64,000 bases of DNA from a bacterium (GTDB lineage Bacteria; Patescibacteriota; Patescibacteriia; SG8-24). Position numbers and translations under genes: made by a program. Position 1 is the stretch's first letter. Each line of letters opens with the position of its first letter. Positions 30,980-40,664 of this stretch are shown one piece after another. The stretch spans positions 974 to 64,973 of the forward strand of contig JAHFIW010000001.1 of the NCBI GenBank assembly GCA_023246195.1, given 5' to 3'. The notes below the pieces were generated by a model that did no database searches, was not told the DNA's origin, and saw nothing but the letters and a program-made list of their open reading frames with translations.

Positions 30980-32271
30980 TTGCACGTTCCGTTGTCCTTG
31001 GTGATGCCGAAGTCGAACAGCCTGCCCGGACCGTTGGGATTGCAACCGGCCTGGACTTCGTCTCCGTCCGAAACGCCATCGCCGTCAGTGTCGGGATTGC
31101 GAGGGTCAGTCCCGTAAAAGGCCTCGAGCGCATTCGAAAGGCCGTCATGGTCGGGGTCGGCCTGAGGGCCGTTCATGTCTGCAAACGAGCCCGCACTCTC
31201 AGACGGGGCCGAAACGCGCTGCACCGCGCCGATCTTGGCCAGGGGCAGATGCTCATGCAGGCCGGAGAGCAGCGACAGGACGATGGAGGTGACGTCGGTG
31301 ACGTCGTTCGATCCGACTTCGACGGCGCCGCCCTGATTGAAGTTCGAAAAACGGAAGTCCGCAGTGAGGTCCCCCCGCCTGAGACTGTCATCGACGCGCA
31401 GATCGAACGAGGCGCGATACAAGTAATAGTCACGGCTCCCGATCCAGAAATCGCAGTCCTTCAACTTCATGCCGGCAAACAGCGACTTGGCGACGGAGCG
31501 CTCCGCGTCGGTCAGCGCGCGGCCCAGGCGTGCCGCCTCGACCTTCTCGTAAAAATCCTCGATCAGGAGGTTGTCGGCATCGGTACCCACCTTGTAGTGA
31601 TGCACCTTTGCGCCGTCGATGACCTCGTCCGGCAATCGCTGAATGACCTGAAAGAACGAGGTTTTGCGGAACTGAACGGCCAGCGACGACGCGTCCGCGT
31701 CGGACATCGGCGAATATCCCTCGCCGATCAGGGGAATCGAAAGCAGGGCGAGCATGCGTTGCCGCTCAAGCTGCAGCCAACGATCACGGAATTGCCCAAA
31801 CTGCACCACGCCAATGCGGTCGGGCAACGCGGTGAAGTGCAGGAAGTCGATGTCGCCCTCTCGGACGTAGTCTCCGGCAAAGTCGAGCTTGGGCTCAGTG
31901 CCGACAGACAGCTGAAACTGCTGCCGCGACTTGAGGGCATTGTGGTCGCTCATGTTGACGGTGCCGCCCGAATGCCAGGTAAGCGTCTCGGGAACGCTCT
32001 GATAGGCGCCGTCGGAACTCTTCTGTGCCGAAGCGCCCGCGTACGACACGTCAGCGACGACGTCGACCGACTTCAACGTGAGCATCTTGCCCTGCATGTA
32101 GCGGATGATTTCCGATGACCACGGCAAGGCGAACAGCAGCAGCAGAAGAATCGCGGCAAAAGCAGTCGCCACGAACGAAACGATGATGGTGAGCAGGACG
32201 TACGCGTTGGCATACCACGGAACAGCGCCGACACGCGCGTCTTGCTGCCCGTCATTGCTGAAAGACTCCAT
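30976..32271 (-). CDS. Membrane-anchored protein with C-terminal TSP3/Ca-binding repeats
   Basis: TM helix; 'DPDHDGLSN..E..YGTDPRNPDTDGDGVSDGDEV'. Confidence 0.75.
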   Translation of the reverse strand: MESFSNDGQQDARVGAVPWYANAYVLLTIIVSFVATAFAAILLLLLFALPWSSEIIRYMQGKMLTLKSVDVVADVSYAGASAQKSSDGAYQSVPETLTWHSGGTVNMSDHNALKSRQQFQLSVGTEPKLDFAGDYVREGDIDFLHFTALPDRIGVVQFGQFRDRWLQLERQRMLALLSIPLIGEGYSPMSDADASSLAVQFRKTSFFQVIQRLPDEVIDGAKVHHYKVGTDADNLLIEDFYEKVEAARLGRALTDAERSVAKSLFAGMKLKDCDFWIGSRDYYLYRASFDLRVDDSLRRGDLTADFRFSNFNQGGAVEVGSNDVTDVTSIVLSLLSGLHEHLPLAKIGAVQRVSAPSESAGSFADMNGPQADPDHDGLSNALEAFYGTDPRNPDTDGDGVSDGDEVQAGCNPNGPGRLFDFGITKDNGTCK

Positions 32272-32274
32272 AGG

Positions 32275-33258
32275 TCACTTGATCGGTTTCTTGAACGCCG
32301 TCAGGATTTCGGAGTACGGGTGGACGTCTGCGGGCGAAGTCACTTCTATCGGCGTACCCCACGAAGTGAACTTGATCACCATGCTGAAATGATTGGCGTC
32401 GTTGCCGGCCTTCGCGCCGATATCGCGTGAAGCCACGGTGAGCCGCATCTGCGCCAGTTCTTCGCTCTGGGAATTGATCCAGACTTCGAGGGCCACGCTG
32501 CGCGTCGCCATGTCATCGGCGACCTGCTTGAGTTCATCGGCGGATAACGACCGGCCCAACAGCAGGCTCTTGAGGTCCTGGCTGAAGGTGACCAGCGCTG
32601 CCGGCTGGATTGGCAGCACAAAGCGCTGCACCGGCATGGTGGTGAATTCCGTGAGCGCCAATTGCGTCGGCGTGCCGAAAAAATCCGGACTGACGAGTTC
32701 CTTGCGCAAGGTCTGCCAAGTAGCCGCCGGACGAGTGCCGGTGGGATTGCTGGCATCCGCCGCGGGCTGCGGCGAGTCGCGCGTGATCAGCGAGGCCAGC
32801 GTGCGAGCGTCCATCGCGAACCACTTGCCATCGACCAGCCTTACCACGGAGGCCGACGTCGGAGCAGAAGGAAGGTTGGATAACTTGGCAAAGGCCCTGC
32901 CGTCCTGCAAGGCACTGACGTCGAACGTGAGGTCCTTGCCGCCTTCGCCCTGACCTACCAGCACGAACGTGCCCTTGCCGCTGGGCGGCTTGCCTTTGGG
33001 AAGATTCACGCCGCCCTGACCGACGAAAACGATGGGCAACAGCAACGCGTGAGGGTCCCCGCCCGCAGCACTGATGGCCGACGACGGCATGAAGGTGCCG
33101 ATGGTCGCGGCTCCCATGAACGACACGTCGCCGTCGAGCTTCTGCAACGCCGCCACGACGACCTTCTCCGGCCGCGCATTAAAGAGCATGGTCGGCACGA
33201 TTGCGCCGACGGCCATGAGAACGAAGGCGGCGATTATGACGCGTCGAGACTTTTCCAT
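32275..33258 (-). CDS. Membrane-anchored hypothetical protein (LppX-like beta sheet; distant paralog of the downstream gene)
   Basis: TM helix; 'DGKWF', 'EVWIN', 'FTSWGTPIEVTSP' parallel the neighbour's 'DRWL', 'DFWIG', 'FSNFNQGGAVEV'. Confidence 0.7.
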   Translation of the reverse strand: MEKSRRVIIAAFVLMAVGAIVPTMLFNARPEKVVVAALQKLDGDVSFMGAATIGTFMPSSAISAAGGDPHALLLPIVFVGQGGVNLPKGKPPSGKGTFVLVGQGEGGKDLTFDVSALQDGRAFAKLSNLPSAPTSASVVRLVDGKWFAMDARTLASLITRDSPQPAADASNPTGTRPAATWQTLRKELVSPDFFGTPTQLALTEFTTMPVQRFVLPIQPAALVTFSQDLKSLLLGRSLSADELKQVADDMATRSVALEVWINSQSEELAQMRLTVASRDIGAKAGNDANHFSMVIKFTSWGTPIEVTSPADVHPYSEILTAFKKPIK

Positions 33259-33265
33259 ACACGGG

Positions 33266-34543
33266 CTATTTTTTTGTCAGATATTTTTTTCCCTTGAGAC
33301 GCGGCGGGAGGAAATCCTGCTGCTTGTCGGGAGCATCGGGCGTGTAGACGTAGCCCTTGCCGTAGCCGACGTCCTTCATGAGCGAGGTGACGCCGTTGCG
33401 GATGTGCAGCGGCACCGGATCGTTCGGCGCTTCGGCAATGTCCTTCTTCACTTCACCGTAGGCCCGATAGACTTCCACGGACTTCGGCGCGCGGGCCATG
33501 TACACGACGCACTGCGCCAAAATGACATCGCACTCCGGCATGCCGATCTGGTGTGCGGCCTGGAAGGCCGCAGTCGCCTGCACCAACGCATTCGGATCAG
33601 CCAAGCCGATATCTTCCGAGGCGAAGCGGACCAAGCGGCGCGCGACGTACAACGGGTCGTCACCGGCCTGAAGCATCCGCCCGAGCCAGTAGAGAGCCGC
33701 ATCGGCATCGCTGCCGCGCATGCTCTTATGCAGCGCCGAGATGACGTTGAAGTGCTGTTCGCCGTCCTTGTCGTAGAGAACGTGCGAGCGCTTGAGGATT
33801 TTTGCCGCATCCTCACGCCGTAAGACTACCACGCCGGAAGCACCCGCGTCGACGGCGTTTTTGCGCGCGCCGGCGACCGTGTTGGCGGCCAATTCCAGCG
33901 CGTTCAGGGCGCTGCGGGCATCGCCGTCGGCAATCTCGGCGATCATGCGCAGCGTTTCTTCGTCGCACCCTATCCGCCCGGCAAGTCCGCGCGGCGCCAG
34001 CAGCGCACGACCGAGCAGCGACACGATGTCATCGACTTCGAGCTTGTGCAGCACGAAGACGCGGCTACGCGACAATAAGGCCGAGTTCACCTCGAAGGAA
34101 GGGTTTTCCGTAGTGGCGCCGATCAACGTGACCGTGCCATCTTCCACGTAGGGCAAAAAGGCATCCTGCTGCGCCTTGTTCCAACGATGGATTTCGTCGA
34201 TGAAGACGATGGTGCGGGTACCGGTCAGCTTAACCCTGTCGATGGCATCGGCCACGACCTCCCGCAGCTCGGCCACGCCGCTCGACGTCGCCAGCATCGA
34301 CACGAAGCGCGACTTGGTCAGAGAGGCCACGACGCGAGCCAGCGTAGTCTTGCCCGTCCCCGGTGGCCCCCAAAGGATCATCGAAGGCACTTCGTCGGCC
34401 TCAATCAACCCGCGCAAAGCGCTCCCCTCGCCCACCAGTTCGCGCTGCCCCACGAACTCCTCAAGAGTCTCGGGCCGCATCCGGTCAGCCAAAGGGGCAT
34501 CCTTCAAACGCTGCTGTCTGGCCTTAAAGTCGAACAGGTCCAT
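33266..34543 (-). CDS. rarA: Replication-associated recombination protein A
   Basis: 'PLADRMRP', 'GPPGTGKTT', 'DEIHR', 'ATTENPSF', 'ASEDIGLAD'. Confidence 0.97.
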   Translation of the reverse strand: MDLFDFKARQQRLKDAPLADRMRPETLEEFVGQRELVGEGSALRGLIEADEVPSMILWGPPGTGKTTLARVVASLTKSRFVSMLATSSGVAELREVVADAIDRVKLTGTRTIVFIDEIHRWNKAQQDAFLPYVEDGTVTLIGATTENPSFEVNSALLSRSRVFVLHKLEVDDIVSLLGRALLAPRGLAGRIGCDEETLRMIAEIADGDARSALNALELAANTVAGARKNAVDAGASGVVVLRREDAAKILKRSHVLYDKDGEQHFNVISALHKSMRGSDADAALYWLGRMLQAGDDPLYVARRLVRFASEDIGLADPNALVQATAAFQAAHQIGMPECDVILAQCVVYMARAPKSVEVYRAYGEVKKDIAEAPNDPVPLHIRNGVTSLMKDVGYGKGYVYTPDAPDKQQDFLPPRLKGKKYLTKK

Positions 34544-34582
34544 ATGCGGGCATTCTACGGGTTATGCGCGAAAGAGTGTAGT

Positions 34583-34644
34583 GGGGTCAGGCTTGGGATG
34601 TGGGGTCTTACGATCAAGAAATCACACGTCCCAAGCCTGACCCC
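34583..34644. repeat. GGGGTCAG-type REP/MITE-like inverted repeat
   Basis: GGGGTCAGGCTTGGGATGTG ... CACGTCCCAAGCCTGACCCC (19/20 arm match). Confidence 0.75.
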
Positions 34645-34723
34645 GATTGACACCATGCCCGGATGATGGTATTTTTTTGCGTCCGTCCGGCATCGTCGCC
34701 GCTCGGAAACAGGAAGAAATACG

Positions 34724-35887
34724 ATGGATGACAAGCGCCCTGCTAAGAAGAGCTCTCGCACCGGCCTCAAAACGTTCGACCATCCGGCAGGACGGCTGAC
34801 GTTCCTTCGGCTCCGGGGCCACGACGTCGGCGGTCTTCCCGGCTTCCAGCGCGCGGAGGACGCCTCGATGCGCCTCACCGAGAATGCCGTCACTTCGTTC
34901 CCGGTACCGATCGGCATCGCGGAGAACTTCATCATCAACGACGCGGAACGGCTCGTCACCATGGCGACCGAAGAACGTTCGGTGGTGGCAGCGGCATCGT
35001 ATGCGGCCAAGCTCTGCCGGGAGACTGGCGGGTTCAGGACGACCGTCAGCGACAACGTTACGCGGGGTCAGGTCTTCTACGGCCCGTCATCGTTTGAAAA
35101 CGCCCGCATGTCCGCTCGGGACGCCGCAGCTGCAATCAACAAACGCTCACGCGAGCTCATCGCGCAACTCATCGCCGCCGATGACCCGATGACGAAGCAC
35201 GGAGGCGGTGCCTACGACATCTCCGCATGCAGACACGCGCAACGCGGTGACGCGCTTGTCGTTTCCCTCACGGTAAACGTCGCCGACGCCATGGGGGCGA
35301 GCGTCGTGACGCGAATGGGCGAAACGCTTGCCGTCATCCTCGAGCCCCTGCTCGGCATCAGGCCGACTACGGTAATCTGCTCCAACGAAGCGCAGGGTTC
35401 GACGGTGCGAGTGACGGCGGAGTGGCCGACGGCACCGTTCGGCGAGCGCCTGCTCGCGCGGATCATCGAGTTGCAGTCATGGGCCGACGCGGACAAGCGC
35501 CGCGCAGTGACGCACAACAAGGGCATCATGAACGGCGTCAGCGCCGTCTGCCTGGCGACCGGACAGGACGTCCGCGCCGTTGAGGCGGCCGCCCATGCCG
35601 CCGCGACGGATGAGACGCTGCACTACAGGCCGTTCACCGCATGGCACTGGCTGCACGGAGACCGCACCATCAGAGGCATGCTCAAGCTCTGCGTTCCGCT
35701 CGGTACCGTCGGCGGCGCGACCAGTCACCCGACGGCCGCGTGGTGCCGGAAGCTCATGGGAGTCGAGAACGTTTCCGATCTCGCCGCCATCGTCGGGGCA
35801 GTCGGTCTGGCGCAGAACTTCGCCGCGCTTCGCTCGCTGGCCGACGAAGGCATCACCGAAGCGCGTCGCCGAGCCTGCGAAAAATGA
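34724..35887 (+). CDS. Class II HMG-CoA reductase-like protein, C-terminally truncated or degenerate
   Basis: 'MATEERSVVAAAS', 'DAMGA', 'THNKGIMNG', 'GTVGG', 'GLAQNFAALR'; lacks the GIQxGH catalytic His. Confidence 0.85.
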   Translation: MDDKRPAKKSSRTGLKTFDHPAGRLTFLRLRGHDVGGLPGFQRAEDASMRLTENAVTSFPVPIGIAENFIINDAERLVTMATEERSVVAAASYAAKLCRETGGFRTTVSDNVTRGQVFYGPSSFENARMSARDAAAAINKRSRELIAQLIAADDPMTKHGGGAYDISACRHAQRGDALVVSLTVNVADAMGASVVTRMGETLAVILEPLLGIRPTTVICSNEAQGSTVRVTAEWPTAPFGERLLARIIELQSWADADKRRAVTHNKGIMNGVSAVCLATGQDVRAVEAAAHAAATDETLHYRPFTAWHWLHGDRTIRGMLKLCVPLGTVGGATSHPTAAWCRKLMGVENVSDLAAIVGAVGLAQNFAALRSLADEGITEARRRACEK

Positions 35888-35975
35888 AGGCTTGGCCGTC
35901 CATCTGGGCGGCCTTTCTTTTTTTTCGGATATTGTTTAGGGTGAGCGTGCTCTTTGCAACGAAAGGCGACAGGCA

Positions 35976-36668
35976 ATGCACGCAAAAGATGAACCCCAAG
36001 ACCCGGTCGACGACACGGTCGTCGTCGGCGACGAAACCGTGCCCGCAACCATCGCGTCCGCGAAGACGCCGCCCGAAGGGCCGAACGACTTCGAGATGGC
36101 GAATACCAAGCCGCCCGTGAAGGGATACTTCATCAGGCATCGCACGCTAAAGCAGCTCCCCGGAATCTTCGTCGGCATCATGGCCATCGCGGTGCTCTGC
36201 TCCGGCACGCTCGGATACGTCCTCGGCAAAAGAGGCGGAAGGACGGTTACCGTCACCGCCTCGACGAACATGACGTCACGCGAAGCCGTTGCCAGGCGCA
36301 ACGTGGTCTGGCGAGTGCTCAATCACGATGGCGCCGCCCTGCCCGATTCCCCCGAGAAGCATCTCGGCCAAGCCATCGACGCGCTGATCGGAAAAGATTC
36401 CGACATCGAGACGCGACAAGCCGGTTTCACCGCCTTCATCCGAAAGACCGCCCCCTACTTCGACGAAGCCCAGAGCGAAGCCGTCACGCAAGCCCTGACC
36501 GAAGGCACCTCGGCGCAAGTCGCGGAAGCCTTCAGCCAAATCGTCACCGTCGACGGAGAAGCCAGCGACCTCCTGCGCGGCGTCATGGCGGACAAAAACC
36601 GCATCAACAGCGTCGTCGCCGGCAAAAGAGTGCCGCTCGAAACCATGCCCGACGGCAGCATGCCGTAA
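35976..36668 (+). CDS. Single-TM hypothetical protein (stand-alone unit)
   Basis: TM helix at about aa 63-82; leader TGCTCTTTGCAA; terminator 36680-36703. Confidence 0.7.
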   Translation: MHAKDEPQDPVDDTVVVGDETVPATIASAKTPPEGPNDFEMANTKPPVKGYFIRHRTLKQLPGIFVGIMAIAVLCSGTLGYVLGKRGGRTVTVTASTNMTSREAVARRNVVWRVLNHDGAALPDSPEKHLGQAIDALIGKDSDIETRQAGFTAFIRKTAPYFDEAQSEAVTQALTEGTSAQVAEAFSQIVTVDGEASDLLRGVMADKNRINSVVAGKRVPLETMPDGSMP

Positions 36669-36759
36669 CCTTTCCCACACGCCCTCCGGGGCGTTTTTCT
36701 TTTGCACAGCCTTCAACCCTTGCCATATCCCGAAGATTGCCCTATCCTAATGGCACTGT

Positions 36760-36834
36760 CGGGGCGTAGCACAGTGGTAGTGCGCTCGGTTCGGGACCGA
36801 GAGGCCGGAGGTTCAATCCCTCTCGCCCCGACCA
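36760..36834 (+). tRNA. tRNA-Pro(CGG)
   Basis: CGGGGCGTAGC...CTCGG-ttCGGga-CCGAG...GGTTCAATCC...CGCCCCGACCA; terminator 36841-36867. Confidence 0.96.
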
Positions 36835-36952
36835 TATCTGAAACATCCGCCTAAAGCGGATGTTTTTGTCATTACGGCCGTGCAGCAGCAAAAATATCGG
36901 ATGACGTTTCCCGTGAAACAAAAACCCCCGGAAAAAACCGAGGGCAAGCTTT

Positions 36953-37570
36953 TTACTCGACCAGCACCAGCCAGGTGCCGCCTGATCCGAGCGGCGCGCC
37001 GATGGGCAGCACCCACGGCAACAGCCTGATGAGACCGCGCATCTCGGCGTACTTTTCCTCGTCGCCCTGAGAGACATAGGCGGCGCCGTAGGCGACCGCC
37101 AGGGATGCGCCGTAGGCGACATCGTGCGCGAGCGTGTAATGGACCGAATCGAGAAAGTCCCCGTGAGAACGTCGCGTCGCGGCCACGAGATCCTGACAGA
37201 GGCATGACCACAGCCGGTCATACAGGCTCGTCAGCGCTTCCTCGCCGTGCGCGGCCACGAAGTCGTCGCGACGCCGACAACGCAGGGACAATGCCAGAAA
37301 CGACTCGTACGCATCTTCGTGATGAATGCCGTCGCCGAGCTTGTCGGTCTTGGCAGAGACGGCGATGATGCCGGAAACTTCCTCGCGACTGGCGCTGGCG
37401 ATGGCCTTGGCGACGCTGGCCTCATTGAGTCTCGAAGACTCGGAGAGTCGCAACACGCCATCTTCGGCGATGCGGCAAAGCGGTTCGACGTCGCGCATGA
37501 AGCGATGCACGAGCCTGTTTCCGGAATCCGGCGTGACCAACCTGATCAAATCGGCACGAGACACTGTCAT
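36953..37570 (-). CDS. Hypothetical protein (stand-alone unit)
   Basis: TTGCGC-17-GACAAT, GGTTCTTTGATT, GAGGTG SD, terminator 36920-36945. Confidence 0.65.
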   Translation of the reverse strand: MTVSRADLIRLVTPDSGNRLVHRFMRDVEPLCRIAEDGVLRLSESSRLNEASVAKAIASASREEVSGIIAVSAKTDKLGDGIHHEDAYESFLALSLRCRRRDDFVAAHGEEALTSLYDRLWSCLCQDLVAATRRSHGDFLDSVHYTLAHDVAYGASLAVAYGAAYVSQGDEEKYAEMRGLIRLLPWVLPIGAPLGSGGTWLVLVE

Positions 37571-37699
37571 GGAGCACCTCACTAATCAAAGAACCCTCCC
37601 TATTGTCGCCGTTACTCGGCAAACGCGCAACTGCATCGCCTTTCCCCTATTTGCCCGCATCCTCTATACTGGACGCATACTCACTCGCCTCAACCGATT

Positions 37700-38326
37700 A
37701 TGCAGCCCGAAATCCACTCATTCGTGAAAGAAGCGCTCGCACGCGACATTTCGCGGACCGACATCAAGGCGGCGCTCGGCAAGGCCGGCTGGCAAGACGA
37801 CGAGATCGCCTCGGCGCTCGACATGTATGCCGAAATGCCGTTCGCCATTCCGGTACCCAAACGCAAGCCGTATCTTTCGGCGCGCGAGGCGTTCATCTAC
37901 CTGCTGCTGTTCGTCTGCCTGTACATCAGCGCCTTCAACTTCGGCGCGCTGCTGTTTGATTTCATCAACCGCTGGCTGCCGGACGCCACGCAATACCTCG
38001 GAGACGACCTCGTTGCCATCCGCATGTCGGTAGCATCGCTGATCGTGGCCTTCCCGCTATACCTGTGGCTTTCGTCCATCATGATGAAAGCCGTCCGCAA
38101 GGACAACGAAAAGCGCGCATCCAAGATCCGCAAGTGGCTCACCTACATCACGCTGTTCGTGGCCGCAGGGGTCATCATCGGCGACCTGATCACGCTGCTG
38201 TTCAACCTGCTCGGCGGCGAACTGACGCTGCGCTTCGCGTTCAAGGTGCTCACGGTGCTGCTGATTGCCGGCCTGATCTTCGGCTACTACCTATGGGACC
38301 TGCGCCAGGAAGAAAAGGAAGCCTAA
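37700..38326 (+). CDS. DUF5671 membrane protein
   Basis: 'SAREAFIYL', 'SLIVAFPLY', 'IRKWLTYITLFVA...GDL...GELTLRF..K...FGYYLWDL'. Confidence 0.88.
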   Translation: MQPEIHSFVKEALARDISRTDIKAALGKAGWQDDEIASALDMYAEMPFAIPVPKRKPYLSAREAFIYLLLFVCLYISAFNFGALLFDFINRWLPDATQYLGDDLVAIRMSVASLIVAFPLYLWLSSIMMKAVRKDNEKRASKIRKWLTYITLFVAAGVIIGDLITLLFNLLGGELTLRFAFKVLTVLLIAGLIFGYYLWDLRQEEKEA

Positions 38327-38336
38327 TCGCGCGCCT

Positions 38337-39011
38337 ATGAACGTTTCCAAGACTGCAGGGCTCAAAATTTTCGCGACGCTCATCACGACGATGGTCGTCG
38401 CCACCGTCGCCTACGGCATCTCTGTCGCCGGATCGCCATCCGCCTCGCGCGCAAAGACGCTCGATCAGCGCCGTGCCGACGCGCTCACCCAGGTGTCATC
38501 CGCTCTCGACCAGTACTACGCCGATAACTTTGCGCTACCTTCCGCGCTCGACGAGCTCAAAAACTCTCCGAACACCGGTTACGCCGCGTACTCGACAGTG
38601 GACCCGGAAACGCAACAGCCTCTGGAATATCGCACGGTCGATGACCGCACCTACGAGCTCTGCGCCACGTTCGCGTTCCCTTCACAAAATTCGAACAACG
38701 CCGGACCCGTAGTCAGCAAACCGATTCCCGTAGGGGCCTATCCCAGTGATCCCATGAACTGGTACGCGCATGCCGCCGGTCACATCTGCCAAACAGGCAA
38801 TGCCGCGCAGCGCGCACCCTACCAGTACTGCGGCAGCGGCGCGGGCCTGAACGCCTGCCCGGGCGACGCCTCCTGCATGCAGCTGCCGGGAAGGAATGGC
38901 GCCATCTGCGTCAAGAACGGCAGGGAGTGCTTCGCCGCAGGCTGCGGCGAAGGCCAATGCGTAACCGACAAGAGCCTGCCACCGCAAGTGAGCTGCAAAC
39001 GAGCGCAATAA
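38337..39011 (+). CDS. Pilin/pseudopilin-like partner of DUF5671 with an extra Cys-rich C-terminal domain
   Basis: 'GSP...R...D..R..L', 'LP..L..L', 'DPETQQPLEY', 'YELCATF', then 7 further Cys after 'GHIC'. Confidence 0.75.
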   Translation: MNVSKTAGLKIFATLITTMVVATVAYGISVAGSPSASRAKTLDQRRADALTQVSSALDQYYADNFALPSALDELKNSPNTGYAAYSTVDPETQQPLEYRTVDDRTYELCATFAFPSQNSNNAGPVVSKPIPVGAYPSDPMNWYAHAAGHICQTGNAAQRAPYQYCGSGAGLNACPGDASCMQLPGRNGAICVKNGRECFAAGCGEGQCVTDKSLPPQVSCKRAQ

Positions 39012-39119
39012 CTCGACCGACAAAAGCGCCAAGCGCGAGTTCCTGATTACGACGCCCTCCGCCTTGGGGGGTTTTCTTTTTACGCGAATGATGCTACGAA
39101 GAGTCCAAAGGAAGGTCCC

Positions 39120-39473
39120 ATGCTCTTTTACTCAAACGGAACCGAACGTAACGTGCTGATGACGCTCGACTACCTCGAGGTCGCGGTCATCCTGCTGTCC
39201 AAGCCCTCCGCGGCGCTCGATCCGGATTTTGACAAACGCCATGCCTGGGCGCGTTTCGTAAGCGAAGCCATGCAGACGCGCGGGAAAATCCACCTCATCG
39301 TCATTGCCGACAAGGGAGATGCCTCGTTGCACGGGTTCCGCGGACCGCTCAACGCGCTGCCCGAACCGTATCGCGCCCGCACCATGGCAGCGCTGGCGGC
39401 CATCGCCGCGATGTTCATCCATGCGCCGTTCACCGAACGACTCGACTGCATCGGCGAGAATGCCACGCCTTAA
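39120..39473 (+). CDS. Hypothetical protein (stand-alone unit)
   Basis: AAGGAAGG SD; bidirectional terminator 39473-39501. Confidence 0.55.
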   Translation: MLFYSNGTERNVLMTLDYLEVAVILLSKPSAALDPDFDKRHAWARFVSEAMQTRGKIHLIVIADKGDASLHGFRGPLNALPEPYRARTMAALAAIAAMFIHAPFTERLDCIGENATP

Positions 39474-39509
39474 AAACGGACCCCGAGAGGTCCGCTTTTT
39501 TATTCGCCG

Positions 39510-40664
39510 CTAGCCGAAAGTGAAGGCATAACATTCCACGCCCGCATCGCTGAACTGCAGCCGCAGGATGTGCGTACCATATTGCCCCCTGGTATCGATC
39601 AGGCTGTACAGCCGTTGGCCGGAAACGTCCACGTAGGTTTTGCCGCCGTCCTCGATGACGTCGCCGCCGCGCATGCCGGAAGGCACCGGCTTACCGTCGA
39701 GCGTGACTTCGGCCCTGACGGTCTTACCTCCTCCGCCCATCACCAAGTTCGCGTTAGAGGCGTTGAAGTCGTAGACGACGGCTCCCCCGGCCCGCGACAG
39801 CACGCCTTTCTCGGACTGGATGTTCCAAGTGCCGTCGAGCGCAAACATGTTGGGGCGGAGCGGATCGGGCACGGAATAGCGGCCATCCGCATCCCTGACC
39901 ACGCGCTCGGGACTTCCGAAATATTCCTGACGCTTGTAGCCCACGTAGGTCTCCGGCGAACCGATTTTCTGAAAGTCGATGGCCGTGGGAACCTGCGTCA
40001 CCGGCACGTCGGCATGTTTACCGGCTTCCGCCAGCAGCAGCTGAATGTCATGCTCGGTCTCGTCGTAGGCCCCTTCGCCGAAGTGAGTCTCGCGCAATTT
40101 TCCACTCGCGTCGAAGAGGTAGTGCGCGGGCCAATATTGATTGCCATAGTTGTTCCAAGTGCCGTAGTCGTTGTCGAGCGCGACCGGATAATCGATGCCA
40201 TTGCGCTTAAGCGCGTCACGGACGTTGCCCAAGACCTTCTCGAAGGCGAACTCCGGCGTATGCACGCCCACTACCACGAACCCCTTATCCTTGTACTTCT
40301 CGTACCACGAAGTCACGTACGGCAGCGTGCGGATGCAGTTGATGCAGGAATAGGTCCAAAAATCGATCAGTACCACCTTGCCCTTGAGCGATTCGGGAGT
40401 AAGCGCGTCGGAATTGAGCCAGGCATTAATGCCAGCAAAAGGCGGCATGGCATCAGCCAGCACAGGCAGCGCCTCCTTGCTCCCCGCAGTCAACTTGGAA
40501 ATGCCGGACGACGTGTCGAATGCCCCAACCCGAGACAGGTTGCCGAGATTGGCATCGGTCGCGCGCAAACGCGAATCGACCACGAAGGCCAGCGCCGCCA
40601 ATGCGGCAAACGCCACGACGCCGATGAGGACTGCGGTCTTTATTTTTTGCGCTGAGGTGCTCAT
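39510..40664 (-). CDS. Membrane-anchored TlpA/DipZ-type thioredoxin with DipZ C-terminal domain
   Basis: 'LIDFWTYSCINCIRTLP', 'VHTPEFAFE', 'YWPAHY', 'SPETYVG', 'YAFTFG'. Confidence 0.92.
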   Translation of the reverse strand: MSTSAQKIKTAVLIGVVAFAALAALAFVVDSRLRATDANLGNLSRVGAFDTSSGISKLTAGSKEALPVLADAMPPFAGINAWLNSDALTPESLKGKVVLIDFWTYSCINCIRTLPYVTSWYEKYKDKGFVVVGVHTPEFAFEKVLGNVRDALKRNGIDYPVALDNDYGTWNNYGNQYWPAHYLFDASGKLRETHFGEGAYDETEHDIQLLLAEAGKHADVPVTQVPTAIDFQKIGSPETYVGYKRQEYFGSPERVVRDADGRYSVPDPLRPNMFALDGTWNIQSEKGVLSRAGGAVVYDFNASNANLVMGGGGKTVRAEVTLDGKPVPSGMRGGDVIEDGGKTYVDVSGQRLYSLIDTRGQYGTHILRLQFSDAGVECYAFTFG

